Part shown: positions 1 to 11,838 of the stretch, piece after piece
Numbering within the stretch: the stretch's first letter is position 1
How the letters are laid out: each line of letters begins with the position of its first letter
Assembly (NCBI GenBank): GCA_016176605.1
Contig: JACOWW010000005.1
Location: 127 to 64,126, forward strand
Direction: 5' to 3'
DNA: 64,000 nucleotides
From: Candidatus Saccharimonadota bacterium
Lineage (GTDB): Bacteria > Patescibacteriota > Saccharimonadia > Saccharimonadales > UBA10212
Notes under the pieces: model-generated
The model's input: the letters and a program-made list of their open reading frames with translations, nothing else
What the model was told of the DNA's origin: nothing
The model's database searches: none
Program-made: the position numbers and the translations under genes

Positions 1-810
1 TTCTTCCTTGCCCTGATTGCCAGCGCCGGAACTTACGTTGCCGCCGCTTTTACGTTAATGGCGGCCGCCCAAGGCATCCAAATGAGAGTGCCGCTTTACC
101 TGACATCCATAGCGGAACTTGCCGGTTCGTTTGCTAACCGGTTTACCCCGTTCGGCATAGGCGGTTTTGCATTGACCAGTAGATATTTGCAGTGCTTCGG
201 CAGCAGCAAAGCACAATCCATTGCTTCGGTCGCTCTCCCAGTAGTTGCCGGTACAATAACTACCACCATTTTGATGGCAATTGTTGCCCCTAGCGCCGTA
301 GGCGACCTGCTTAAAGGGATAACTATAGATTCAAAAGCCAAGCTGGTTGTAGCACTCACTGGCAGCCTATTGGCGGTTGGCACATTGATATTTATGGTCT
401 TTAGCAGGAAAACCAGCCAGTTTATTCAATCGGCCTTAAATAGTGCCATCATTTCGGGGAGGCAATTGGCACAGTCCGGAAGGGTCATAAGACTGCTCTT
501 AGGGTCGATCCTGATAACATCTACCTACGTTTTAGCGCTGTTTGCTTCTGTTAAAGCTTTCAGTCTCGATCTAAGCATTATTCAAGCTTTCGTGGTTTAT
601 GTCGCCGGATCAACGATTGGGCAAGCTACTCCCACACCGGGCGGCCTTGGAGGTAAAGAAGTGGCCTACGCCGCTGGGCTAATAGCCTTTGGAATTACGG
701 CTAGCGGCGCAATAGCTGCGGTATTACTATTTAGGTTACTGACTTTTTGGCTGCCTATGATTCCCGGAGCGATAGCTTTTCGTTACCTAAAACATTCAGC
801 ATATTTTTAA
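1..810 (+). CDS. Multi-pass membrane protein, UPF0104 / lysyl-PG-synthase-TM (flippase-like) type; 5' end runs off the window
   Basis: The frame is open from nt 1, with no stop before the listed Met at 58. The profile is hydrophobic and multi-TM. The C-terminal 'TPTPGGLGGKEVAYAAGL' motif is typical of this family. Confidence 0.6.
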   Translation, partial: FFLALIASAGTYVAAAFTLMAAAQGIQMRVPLYLTSIAELAGSFANRFTPFGIGGFALTSRYLQCFGSSKAQSIASVALPVVAGTITTTILMAIVAPSAVGDLLKGITIDSKAKLVVALTGSLLAVGTLIFMVFSRKTSQFIQSALNSAIISGRQLAQSGRVIRLLLGSILITSTYVLALFASVKAFSLDLSIIQAFVVYVAGSTIGQATPTPGGLGGKEVAYAAGLIAFGITASGAIAAVLLFRLLTFWLPMIPGAIAFRYLKHSAYF

Positions 811-1029
811 GGTTATTTACAGAAAAATAAATACCAACACCGCCTCCTAGTAGTTTTATAGCCAGACGTTTCCTCTTAAAATAAAAGGCTATGACCGAAA
901 CAATTGGTATAGTTAAAAAACCCAATTGTTAACAAACCGAAAAACGCTTATTTCCCACTGTGCTATGTTATCGCTAAGAGCCATCAATGTAGCGGTAATT
1001 AGCAACGCCAGTGCCACATGTTTTAGGTC

Positions 1030-1104
1030 TGGTGGACCGAGAGGGATTTGAACCCTCGACCCCTGCAATGCGAATGCAGTGCTCTACCCCTGAGCTATCG
1101 GCCC
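1030..1104 (-). tRNA. tRNA-Ala(CGC), CCA encoded
   Basis: Manual cloverleaf: acceptor GGGCCGA/TCGGTCC with G3:U70, anticodon loop TTCGCAT, T-loop TTCAAAT. Confidence 0.9.
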
Positions 1105-1451
1105 GCAAACATCAACCTATTCTATATTATCCTACGAATAAGCTGTGCAAAATCCGTCTATCGACAATTAAGAACCACTATCCCAAGTTCTCTAGTTCTG
1201 CAGAACTAGAGAACATTTACGTGCAATTTGATCAACTCTAGTAATGCAAAAGGCCGCGCTTGCGAGAAGGCGGCCTTTTGTCACTTAACTTCGCGCAGCC
1301 CACCCGTGGGCCCCAGCCCTAAAATTTGCGAGAAATTTTAGGGCTGGGTAAGCCGGGCAATGTTTGTATATATGTTTATAATGTTTATTTCTCGGCTTTT
1401 TAAAACCCGGTGCGCGAAGCCTACCACCATTATCGCTTACGCTTATCTAAA

Positions 1452-1531
1452 GTCAACCCAGCACTTAGATCCAAAACTATCCACTAGAGGTGGATACTTA
1501 CGTAGCACTTGGTCCTAAGTGCTGGGTCAAC
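1452..1531. repeat. Inverted-repeat element with 13-bp perfect arms ACCCAGCACTTAG / CTAAGTGCTGGGT
   Basis: The arms lie at 1456-1468 and 1515-1527. A second element with near-identical arms lies at 22113-22189. Confidence 0.7.
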
Positions 1532-1546
1532 CCCATTCGCTTTAAC

Positions 1547-1572
1547 AAAATTTGAACATATGTTCAAATTTT
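1547..1572. terminator. 26-bp perfect AT-rich palindrome immediately 3' of rdgB
   Basis: AAAATTTGAACAT|ATGTTCAAATTTT lies 7 nt past the rdgB stop. Its terminator function is inferred. Confidence 0.4.
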
Positions 1573-1578
1573 GCATGT

Positions 1579-5067
<3,489 letters not shown>

Positions 5068-5074
5068 ACTATTA

Positions 5075-5362
5075 TTATATCTGAGTCAGAAGTGTTTTGC
5101 CGCCTTTGAAACCGGTAGCACCGCAACCCTTACAAGCCGTTTGGGCAAGATAATTTCTGTACTTCATCACCTTATCGGTGCTGACGCCTTCCTCAAGCTC
5201 AAGCTGGGTTAACGACCAATCGGTCCATTGGTAATCCTCGCCGCCACAGGCATCGCAAAACTGGAGATCAAGCACGGTTTCTAAATTTACCCCTAGCAAG
5301 GCAGCAAAATTAATTTGACGAACCAATAATTCGGTATTTGGTTTGACCGTCAATTCGCTCAC
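5075..5362 (-). CDS. Hypothetical small Cys-containing protein
   Basis: The 95-aa ORF has a GTG start 2 nt after the htpX stop. It contains 'CDACGG' and 'CKGCG' pairs, a possible zinc ribbon. There is no SD. Confidence 0.45.
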   Translation of the reverse strand: MSELTVKPNTELLVRQINFAALLGVNLETVLDLQFCDACGGEDYQWTDWSLTQLELEEGVSTDKVMKYRNYLAQTACKGCGATGFKGGKTLLTQI

Positions 5363-5364
5363 GT

Positions 5365-6234
5365 TTATAACTTCATTTCGTGGAGAGCTTTAACCCGGGC
5401 TTCAACCGGCGGATGGGTGCTGAATAGGTTGGCGATGCCGCCGCCGTGCAGCGGATTGGCGAAAAACATGTGGGCGGTTGCGGTATTTGGTCTTTTGAGG
5501 GCGCTGCCGTATTTGCCGATTTTTTCCAGCGCTGACGCTAGGCCGTCCGGATATCTGGTGGTTAGTGCCCCAGTAGCATCGGCTAAGTATTCGCGGCGGC
5601 GGCTGATGGCCAGCTGTATCAGTGTCGCGGCTATTGGCGCTAAAATAACCGCCACGATCGCTAAGATGTATATTAGTTGGTTGCCTTCCCGCCGATTGTC
5701 GCCGCCCCAAAAAGTAATATGCCAAAAAAAATCGGCAATCATTGAAACTATCCCAACTAACGCAAAGGCTATGGTGTTAACGCGCATGTCCAGGTTCTTG
5801 ACGTGGCCAAGCTCGTGAGCCATAACGCCTTCTAATTCGCTATCATCCATCATTTTCAGCAAGCCGGTGGTGGCACAAACGGCTGAGTGGCTAGGGTCGC
5901 GGCCAGTGGCAAAAGCGTTGGGCGCCGGATCTTCCATGATGTAAACCTTAGGCATGGGCAGGCCTTCGGTAATTGCCAAATTCTCGACTGTGCGCCATAG
6001 CCTAGGATCATCTTTTTTGGTTATTTCTTTGGCCCGGTTGACGGCCAGCGCCATCTTGGCTCCGGCGAAATAACTAAATATAGCGTAGCTTAAAGAAAAC
6101 AGCCCAATAAAGAATAGCAATCCTGGATTATCATAGGCTTTGCTCATAATGTAGGCAAAGCCCCACAGCAGGCCTAAAAAGGCCAGCAGTAAAATTGCCG
6201 TGCGCCGTTTATTAGAACTTACTTGCTCATACAT
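5365..6234 (-). CDS. htpX: Zinc metalloprotease HtpX (M48 family)
   Basis: It has the 'HELGHVKN' HExxH motif, four TM segments and an AGGAG SD. Confidence 0.9.
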   Translation of the reverse strand: MYEQVSSNKRRTAILLLAFLGLLWGFAYIMSKAYDNPGLLFFIGLFSLSYAIFSYFAGAKMALAVNRAKEITKKDDPRLWRTVENLAITEGLPMPKVYIMEDPAPNAFATGRDPSHSAVCATTGLLKMMDDSELEGVMAHELGHVKNLDMRVNTIAFALVGIVSMIADFFWHITFWGGDNRREGNQLIYILAIVAVILAPIAATLIQLAISRRREYLADATGALTTRYPDGLASALEKIGKYGSALKRPNTATAHMFFANPLHGGGIANLFSTHPPVEARVKALHEMKL

Positions 6235-6272
6235 AAGTTAGCTCCTAGCCATTAGCCCATAGCTATAGCTGT

Positions 6273-6842
6273 TTAGGCTTTTGTGCCACCGAAGTCGACT
6301 TTGACCGGTTCGGTAACAGCGGCGGCTTCGGCCCCACCTACTTCGAAGAATTCGCGTAACTTAAAGCCCATCATGCTGGCAAAAAGGTTAGTCGGAAAAG
6401 TCTGGATCTTAGTATTAAGATCGCGCACGCCACCGTTATAAAAACGGCGGGCGGCCTGGATTTTGTCTTCGGTATCAGTCACTTCATCTTGCAGCTTCTG
6501 GAAGTTTTCAGTGGCTCGCAGCTGAGGATAAGCTTCGGCGACGGCAAACAGGCTTTTGAGTGCTTTTTGGAAATCGCCCTCGGCCTGGCTGACTTCGCCA
6601 ACGGTTTGGGCACCTAAGGTTTTGGCGCGAGCCTGGGTAACCTTTTCGAATACAGTGCTTTCGTGTTTGGCGTAACCTTTGACTGTTTCGACCAGGTTTG
6701 GGATCAGGTCGAAACGGCGTTTCATCTGGACCGTGATATCGCTCCAAGCTTCGTCGACACGTACTTTGGCCCTAACTAAGCTGTTATATATAAGCACAAT
6801 ACCCAGCAAAATTACGCCGATAATAATTAACGTGACAACCAT
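6273..6842 (-). CDS. lemA: LemA family membrane protein
   Basis: An N-terminal TM helix is followed by 'NSLVRAKVRVDEAWSDI...KRRFDLIPNLVETVKGYAKHE'. The start was moved to the ATG at 6842, which has a GGAGG SD 5 nt upstream. Confidence 0.9.
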   Translation of the reverse strand: MVVTLIIIGVILLGIVLIYNSLVRAKVRVDEAWSDITVQMKRRFDLIPNLVETVKGYAKHESTVFEKVTQARAKTLGAQTVGEVSQAEGDFQKALKSLFAVAEAYPQLRATENFQKLQDEVTDTEDKIQAARRFYNGGVRDLNTKIQTFPTNLFASMMGFKLREFFEVGGAEAAAVTEPVKVDFGGTKA

Positions 6843-7016
6843 TTTAACCTCCACATATTTCTAGATAAATTATACCCCGTAGTGAGCCTCCGCGACAATC
6901 CGTTTTTAGCCGAATATTTTGAAAAGTAAGTGAAGGTCAACTACGAAGTTATACACTGGCTGTGTGATAGGTTGAACCTATCACAAGGCAAAGAGATACT
7001 GAAGGAGCGATGCTGT

Positions 7017-8207
7017 ATGATGTCAAAGGAGATGAAATTCAAAAAAATAGCCTTAGTTGTAGCTGTACTTTTCCCGCTAGCATCCGTTTATCAATACAGC
7101 CGGCCGGTGCCGGCGGTCCAGCCGCAGACCAATTTCGCTCAGCCCAAAACCAGTTCAGCTGTGGCCTTGCCGTGGCCGACTTATGGTCAAGCGGCCATTG
7201 GCGCGGTTGACTATGGCGTTTTTGCCACTCATGGCGAGCAAAAACCGGTACCAATTGCTTCAATTACTAAGATAGTCACGGCACTGGCCGTGCTAAAGCA
7301 AAAACCGCTGAAGCTGGATGAAAAAGGACCGAACATCACGATCACTGATGAAGACGTCGCCATTTACGATGAATTTTATTCGCAGGGCGGTTCTGTGACG
7401 CCTATTACTAAAGGTTCGCAAATCAGTGAATATGACGGTCTGCAATCAATGCTGATACCTTCATCAAACAATATGGCTACCACCGTGGCAAAGTGGGCTT
7501 TTGGCTCGGTAGACAACTATGTTAAATATGCCAACCAAATGCTTGCCGATCTGGGTTTTGCGCAAACACATGTGGAAGAAGCCAGCGGATTTTCCGCCAG
7601 TTCCGCCAGCACGGCAACTGAACTCATAAAACTGGGTGAGTTAGCTCTTGCAAATGAAGTAGTCGCCGATATCGTCAAGAAAGCCAGCGCTAACCTGCCG
7701 GTAGCCGGCGAAGTCAGAAACATCAATACACTGGTTGGCACTGAAGGAGTAATTGGGATAAAAACCGGCAATACAGAGGCAGCCGGCGGCTGTTTATTGT
7801 TTGCTGCAAAGCATGATATCGACGGCAAAACAATAACGATCATTGGGGTAGTTTTAGGCGCGCCGACCCGGGCCACGGCGATTGCCGATTCCAAGACGCT
7901 GCTGCAATCAGTTGATAAAGCCTTCCAAGCTGTTACGGTTGTCAAAAAAGGCCAGGTAGTCGGCCATTACGAGGCGCCGTGGGGCGCTAAAGCTGAGGCC
8001 GTGGCGAAAGAAGATTTAACTTTGCTTGTTTGGCGCGGAACCGAGCTGAAAACAGATGTGAAACTGAATCAGATTGAAGCTTCTGCCAACACCAACTCTG
8101 ATATCGGGTCGGTTACAGCCACGGCCGGCCAAAAAACCTCAAACGTGCCCGTAATTCTTAAAGATAAACTATCCAGACCATCAGTAGGCTGGCGCATTTT
8201 TAGATAG
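7017..8207 (+). CDS. D-alanyl-D-alanine carboxypeptidase (serine peptidase S11)
   Basis: It has SxxK ('SITK'), SxN ('SSNN') and KTG ('KTGNT') motifs and an N-terminal TM or signal segment. The start was set at ATG 7017 after a GAAGGAG SD; the listed GTG at 6930 has none. Confidence 0.85.
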   Translation: MMSKEMKFKKIALVVAVLFPLASVYQYSRPVPAVQPQTNFAQPKTSSAVALPWPTYGQAAIGAVDYGVFATHGEQKPVPIASITKIVTALAVLKQKPLKLDEKGPNITITDEDVAIYDEFYSQGGSVTPITKGSQISEYDGLQSMLIPSSNNMATTVAKWAFGSVDNYVKYANQMLADLGFAQTHVEEASGFSASSASTATELIKLGELALANEVVADIVKKASANLPVAGEVRNINTLVGTEGVIGIKTGNTEAAGGCLLFAAKHDIDGKTITIIGVVLGAPTRATAIADSKTLLQSVDKAFQAVTVVKKGQVVGHYEAPWGAKAEAVAKEDLTLLVWRGTELKTDVKLNQIEASANTNSDIGSVTATAGQKTSNVPVILKDKLSRPSVGWRIFR

Positions 8208-8260
8208 TTGGCTTTAAAAATCATTCGCCCGAATATATCGGGCAACAAAGCGCGAAATGT

Positions 8261-8266
8261 TACAAT
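8261..8266 (+). promoter_or_regulatory. -10 box TACAAT placed 6 nt before ATG 8273 (leaderless-type promoter)
   Basis: The sequence is TACAAT-TCATAT-ATG. The same geometry recurs at several other genes in the window. Confidence 0.45.
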
Positions 8267-8272
8267 TCATAT

Positions 8273-8527
8273 ATGATTGACCCAGGACTTGCGAAGAAAC
8301 AAGCTCGTGAATCCGCTTATCGTTTGGTCGCCATCTTAACTCCCTTTTTATTCATATTCTGGCTAATATTTAACTTCGCTATTGATGTTCCCGGTGGTGT
8401 GACCGATTCAGGAACTTCAAAAACATTTTTAAATAGTATGTTTGGCGTTTTAAGCGTTCTGGTTATACTAGCCGCTGGATTAGCAAGATACCGTCAGGTT
8501 CTTCGACGGAACATGAAGAACGATTAG
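8273..8527 (+). CDS. Hypothetical small membrane protein
   Basis: The 84-aa ORF has two hydrophobic helices and leaderless-type promoter geometry. Confidence 0.45.
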   Translation: MIDPGLAKKQARESAYRLVAILTPFLFIFWLIFNFAIDVPGGVTDSGTSKTFLNSMFGVLSVLVILAAGLARYRQVLRRNMKND

Positions 8528-8567
8528 TTTCTACACCAAACCTTGTTGGGGTGGATTTGTGAATTTC

Positions 8568-8654
8568 TGGTGGGCGAAAGAGGACTTGAACCTCCACGAG
8601 CTTGCACTCACTAGCTCCTGAAGCTAGCGCGTCTACCAATTCCGCCATTCGCCC
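8568..8654 (-). tRNA. tRNA-Leu(CAG), long variable arm, CCA encoded
   Basis: Manual fold: acceptor GGGCGAA/TTCGCCC, anticodon loop TTCAGGA, T-loop TTCAAGT. Confidence 0.88.
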
Positions 8655-8723
8655 TTACCTCTGTTATTTTAGCACAGAAATTAGTGATAAATGATATCAT
8701 AGCTTTTAGTATCGGGAGGGGTT

Positions 8724-10355
8724 TTGAACAAATTAGCGTATTATTTGCAGGAACATTTGAACGGCGAAGTTACTTCGGCCATTGATGTACGCCGGCATTT
8801 TGCCCACGACGCCAGTATCATGCAGATTATGCCGGCCGTGGTTGTTTATCCCCGAGGCGAAAGCGATGTGCGTAAAGCTGTTCGTTTCGCCTGGCAGCTG
8901 GCCGAGCGTGGCAAAAAATTGCCCGTCACCGCGCGCGGTATGGGCAGCAGCACTTCCGGCGCGGCTATTGGCAGTGGCGCAGTATTAGTTTTTCCGGCCC
9001 ATATGAACGAACTGCTGGCCCTCAATACCAAAAAACGCTTTATCAGCATTGAGCCAGGCGCCAATTACGGGACAATTGAACAGACTCTGAATACTCATGG
9101 GTTATCACTGCCAGCTTACCCCCCGTCAAAAAATTACACCACGCTGGGCGGCGCCATAGCCAACAATGCCTTGGGTGAAAAATCCGTCAAATACGGCGCT
9201 ACCGGAAATTTTGTCCAAAGTTTGCGGGTTGTTTTATCAAACGGCGAAGTCATTGAAACGGGCCCGCTAAACAAAAAGGAGCTTAATCATAAGCTGGGTT
9301 TACAAAGCTTGGAAGGTGTAATATACCGCTCGCTGGATACAATGTTAGAGGAAAACGCCGATTTTATAACCCGTTGCCATAATTCCATCAAAACCCGCCA
9401 CAACGCGGCTGGCTACAACATACGCAATGTTAAAAAAAATGGCGAATTTGACATTACTCCACTGTTTGTCGGCTCCCAAGGTACCCTTGGCATAATTACC
9501 GAGGCCACTTTGGACGTGGTTAAGCATAGCCCAAAAACAACTATAGCCCTGATTAGCGTGGATGACCTTGGCGACCTATATGACCTACTATCAGAAATTT
9601 TGCGACTTAAACCGAGCATTTTGGATATGCTCAATCGAACGACCGTTGAGCAAGTAAAGGAACTTAACCCCAATCAGCTGGCGGGCAGTTTGTCGCGCGA
9701 AAAAGCAGCCATGCATCTTTTTGTACAGTTCGATGAGCCAAAAGACGGCGACCGCCAAAAAGCCGTTAAACAGCTAACCAAGATTGTTGGCAGTGCCGGC
9801 GCCTGGCTGGAAGTTTTCGAAACACCCGATAGTCAGGAGCGCGTCCGTAAAATTCGCGACAGCGTGGGCAGCATTTTGATTGAGCCCCGTGGCCAAGCCA
9901 GAGCCGTGCCGGTAGCCGAAGATGTTTCGGTCCCAGTTGACCGCCTAATCGAATTTCTGACAGAAGTAGACAGCGTTTATAACGAAGTGGGCTTAGCGCC
10001 GGCCGCGTGGGGACAGGCCGGCAGCGGCGTGGTACGTATGTGGCCGCCCCTTGATCTGGGCAAAACCGGCGACCGGCAGAAGTTGTTCAAAATCCAGAAC
10101 CATTTATACGCTGCGGCAGTGCGCTTAGGCGGCAGTATTAGCGCTGCGGCTGGCGACGGCCGCGTCCGGGCGCCTTATCTTGCTTTGCAGTACGGCGAAG
10201 AGCTGAGCAGCCTGATGCTGAAAGTCAAAAAAATCTTCGACCCGCACGGTATCTTAAATCCGGGAGTAAAAACGGCTTCGACGGAAGAAGTTAAGGCCCT
10301 CCTGCGTACCGAATACAGCTTGTCCAACTTTTACGACTATCTCCCCCGAAGTTAG
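8724..10355 (+). CDS. FAD-binding oxidoreductase (GlcD / D-lactate dehydrogenase-like)
   Basis: The N-terminus matches the FAD_binding_4 type ('PVTARGMGSSTSGAAIG'). The C-terminus matches FAD-oxidase_C ('KKIFDPHGILNPG'). It uses a TTG start after a GGGAGGGG SD. Confidence 0.85.
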   Translation: MNKLAYYLQEHLNGEVTSAIDVRRHFAHDASIMQIMPAVVVYPRGESDVRKAVRFAWQLAERGKKLPVTARGMGSSTSGAAIGSGAVLVFPAHMNELLALNTKKRFISIEPGANYGTIEQTLNTHGLSLPAYPPSKNYTTLGGAIANNALGEKSVKYGATGNFVQSLRVVLSNGEVIETGPLNKKELNHKLGLQSLEGVIYRSLDTMLEENADFITRCHNSIKTRHNAAGYNIRNVKKNGEFDITPLFVGSQGTLGIITEATLDVVKHSPKTTIALISVDDLGDLYDLLSEILRLKPSILDMLNRTTVEQVKELNPNQLAGSLSREKAAMHLFVQFDEPKDGDRQKAVKQLTKIVGSAGAWLEVFETPDSQERVRKIRDSVGSILIEPRGQARAVPVAEDVSVPVDRLIEFLTEVDSVYNEVGLAPAAWGQAGSGVVRMWPPLDLGKTGDRQKLFKIQNHLYAAAVRLGGSISAAAGDGRVRAPYLALQYGEELSSLMLKVKKIFDPHGILNPGVKTASTEEVKALLRTEYSLSNFYDYLPRS

Positions 10356-10378
10356 TCACCAGCCAAAATACTTAACTA

Positions 10379-10452
10379 GCTACGCCCCGTACCAAAACCT
10401 GAGTGGAGAAGTCTGCAATCAGATTACGAAACATCAAGTTATGGTGCTGGGG
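10379..10452 (+). repeat. Hairpin element copy A (family of four)
   Basis: It is the reverse complement of copies B-D and lies 3' of the plus-strand oxidase gene. A further 20-bp stem encloses it (10357-10376 / 10452-10471). Confidence 0.8.
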
Positions 10453-10466
10453 TCAAGTATTTTGGC

Positions 10467-10552
10467 TGGTGGGTGAGAGAGGATTTGAACCTCCAAGCCT
10501 TGCGGCACCAGAACCTCAATCTGGCGTGTTTACCTGATTTCACCACTCACCC
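10467..10552 (-). tRNA. tRNA-Leu(GAG), CCA encoded
   Basis: Manual fold: acceptor GGGTGAG/CTCACCC, anticodon loop TTGAGGT, long variable arm. Confidence 0.88.
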
Positions 10553-10611
10553 GAAATGTACTGCTAATCATGTAAATTATACCATTCAATCTGTTATAAT
10601 AATCATTTGTC

Positions 10612-10688
10612 GGGCGCTTAGCTCAGTTGGCTAGAGCACCGCATTTACACTGCGGGTGTCGGGGGTTCGAGTCCCTCAGCGCCCACCA
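10612..10688 (+). tRNA. tRNA-Val(TAC), CCA encoded
   Basis: Manual fold: acceptor GGGCGCT/AGCGCCC, anticodon loop TTTACAC. A TATAAT box lies at 10595-10600. Confidence 0.9.
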
Positions 10689-10806
10689 CGGCGCTTTAGC
10701 TCCCGCGCTTCGCTCTCGCATACGCTTGAGCTTCGGCGGACAGGCAGTTGGTTACCAACTTCGCAAGCTTGCCCCTCGGAGCTCCGGCATAGCCGGAGCA
10801 TAGTGG

Positions 10807-10882
10807 GGCGCTTTAGCTCAGTTGGTAGAGCAGAGGCTTGAAGAGCCTTGTGTCCTCGGTTCGAGTCCGAGAGGCGCCACCA
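10807..10882 (+). tRNA. tRNA-Phe(GAA), CCA encoded
   Basis: Manual fold: acceptor GGCGCTT/AGGCGCC, anticodon loop TTGAAGA, T-loop TTCGAGT. Confidence 0.9.
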
Positions 10883-11172
10883 TCCACCGTCGCTCGATCC
10901 TAGCGGTCGAGCTATGGCGGATCGATAGGTCGTTTCGAGGACGAGAACCGGTATAGTTCGGTGCACGCAGCCGCGCAGCAAAATCGTGTTTACATGATTT
11001 TACCGAGCAGCGAGGGAAAAGTGCGAAGCACGCTGTCCGAGAGGCGCCACCATCCTTCGCATAAAGCTACGGATGGCAAGCCACATAACATTGCCAACGC
11101 CAAACCTAGCGGCCTGCCTGCCGGGGTCAAAATCTTGACGATATAATGAAGTCACTAATTAAGGAGGTGCTC

Positions 11173-11493
11173 ATGCAATATGACATCCGCAGTGGAGTTA
11201 AACACCAACAAATCAAATTTAAAAAATTAATTATCGCTGCAGTCGCAGCCATCGGCATGCTGGCAGCGGCAACAGTTCCAGCTTTGGCAGATCGTCCGGG
11301 TTATGGGGAGCAGCCTGGATACTCGCAGGCTTCAGCTTGCGGCCAAGCTCACGGCTCATTCGCATACTTCGACGGCGATACTAATTTAGGTGTCAATAGC
11401 CTTGGCCCAGGTACTCCGACATACCATGTCGGTGCTGTCGGGCAGGAGCCGGGAGCAACGGGCTACAACAATTCCCATACCAACTGCCAGTAG
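11173..11493 (+). CDS. Small secreted Gly/Pro-rich protein, function unknown
   Basis: An AAGGAGG SD lies 5 nt before ATG 11173. It has a signal-like segment 'LIIAAVAAIGMLAAATVPALA' and three Cys. Confidence 0.55.
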   Translation: MQYDIRSGVKHQQIKFKKLIIAAVAAIGMLAAATVPALADRPGYGEQPGYSQASACGQAHGSFAYFDGDTNLGVNSLGPGTPTYHVGAVGQEPGATGYNNSHTNCQ

Positions 11494-11523
11494 TAAAATT
11501 AACAAAATAAATTTAGCCTAAAG

Positions 11524-11560
11524 AAATGCGCGGGCAAAAATGCCCGCGCATTTTGCTTTT
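11524..11560 (+). terminator. Rho-independent terminator
   Basis: The hairpin is AAATGCGCGGGCA-AAAA-TGCCCGCGCATTT, followed by TGCTTTT. Confidence 0.75.
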
Positions 11561-11602
11561 ACAGGGGTTTTTGCTACAATCTAGGCTATTGCCAGAGGCA
11601 AA

Positions 11603-11700
11603 GCATTTTGCATTTTACAGTTTGCATTTATCATTAATTTTTCATTGATCAATGATCATTGTTAATTCATTGAAAATTGTGAATTGATAATTGATAATTG
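11603..11700. repeat. Degenerate heptanucleotide (period-7) tandem tract
   Basis: It reads GCATTTT GCATTTT ACAGTTT GCATTTA TCATTAA TTTTTCA TTGATCA ATGATCA TTGTTAA TTCATTG AAAATTG TGAATTG ATAATTG ATAATTG. Confidence 0.75.
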
Positions 11701-11721
11701 CTTTTGCCAAAAGGCAAAAGC

Positions 11722-11798
11722 GCGGATTTAGCTCAGTTGTTTAGAGCGCTTCCTTGCCAAGGAAGAGGCCGCGGGTTAGAGTCCCGCAATCCGCACCA
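11722..11798 (+). tRNA. tRNA-Gly(GCC), CCA encoded, unusual D and T loops
   Basis: Manual fold: acceptor GCGGATT/AATCCGC, anticodon loop TTGCCAA. The D-loop is AGTTGTTTA and the T-loop is TTAGAGT. Confidence 0.85.
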
Positions 11799-11838
11799 AG
11801 CATAAGCGTTGTAGTTAAATCTTTGATACCATTAATTT

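Noticed and set aside
905-1017. A minus-strand GTG ORF just 3' of tRNA-Ala ('ALALLITATLMALSDNIAQWEISVFRFVNNWVF') looked like the N-terminus of a PAP2-type phosphatase. Further membrane-like sequence follows in another frame.
   Set aside because: It stops after 34 codons. Continuing it needs a frameshift and would run antisense into the well-supported gene at 1-810. It may be a gene remnant, but the evidence is too weak to annotate.
1011-1241. A 76-aa plus-strand ORF.
   Set aside because: It reads antisense through tRNA-Ala(CGC) and adjacent hairpin DNA, and it has no SD.
10656-10981. ORFs 10656-10841 (+) and 10676-10981 (-) in the tRNA cluster.
   Set aside because: They run through tRNA-Val and tRNA-Phe and the GC-rich spacers. 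The products are Arg/Ser/Gly-rich compositional artefacts.
11603-11700. The repeat tracts might have been CRISPR arrays or minisatellites with spacers.
   Set aside because: The unit length is 7 nt with gradual drift. There is no repeat-spacer alternation, and no cas genes are in the window.
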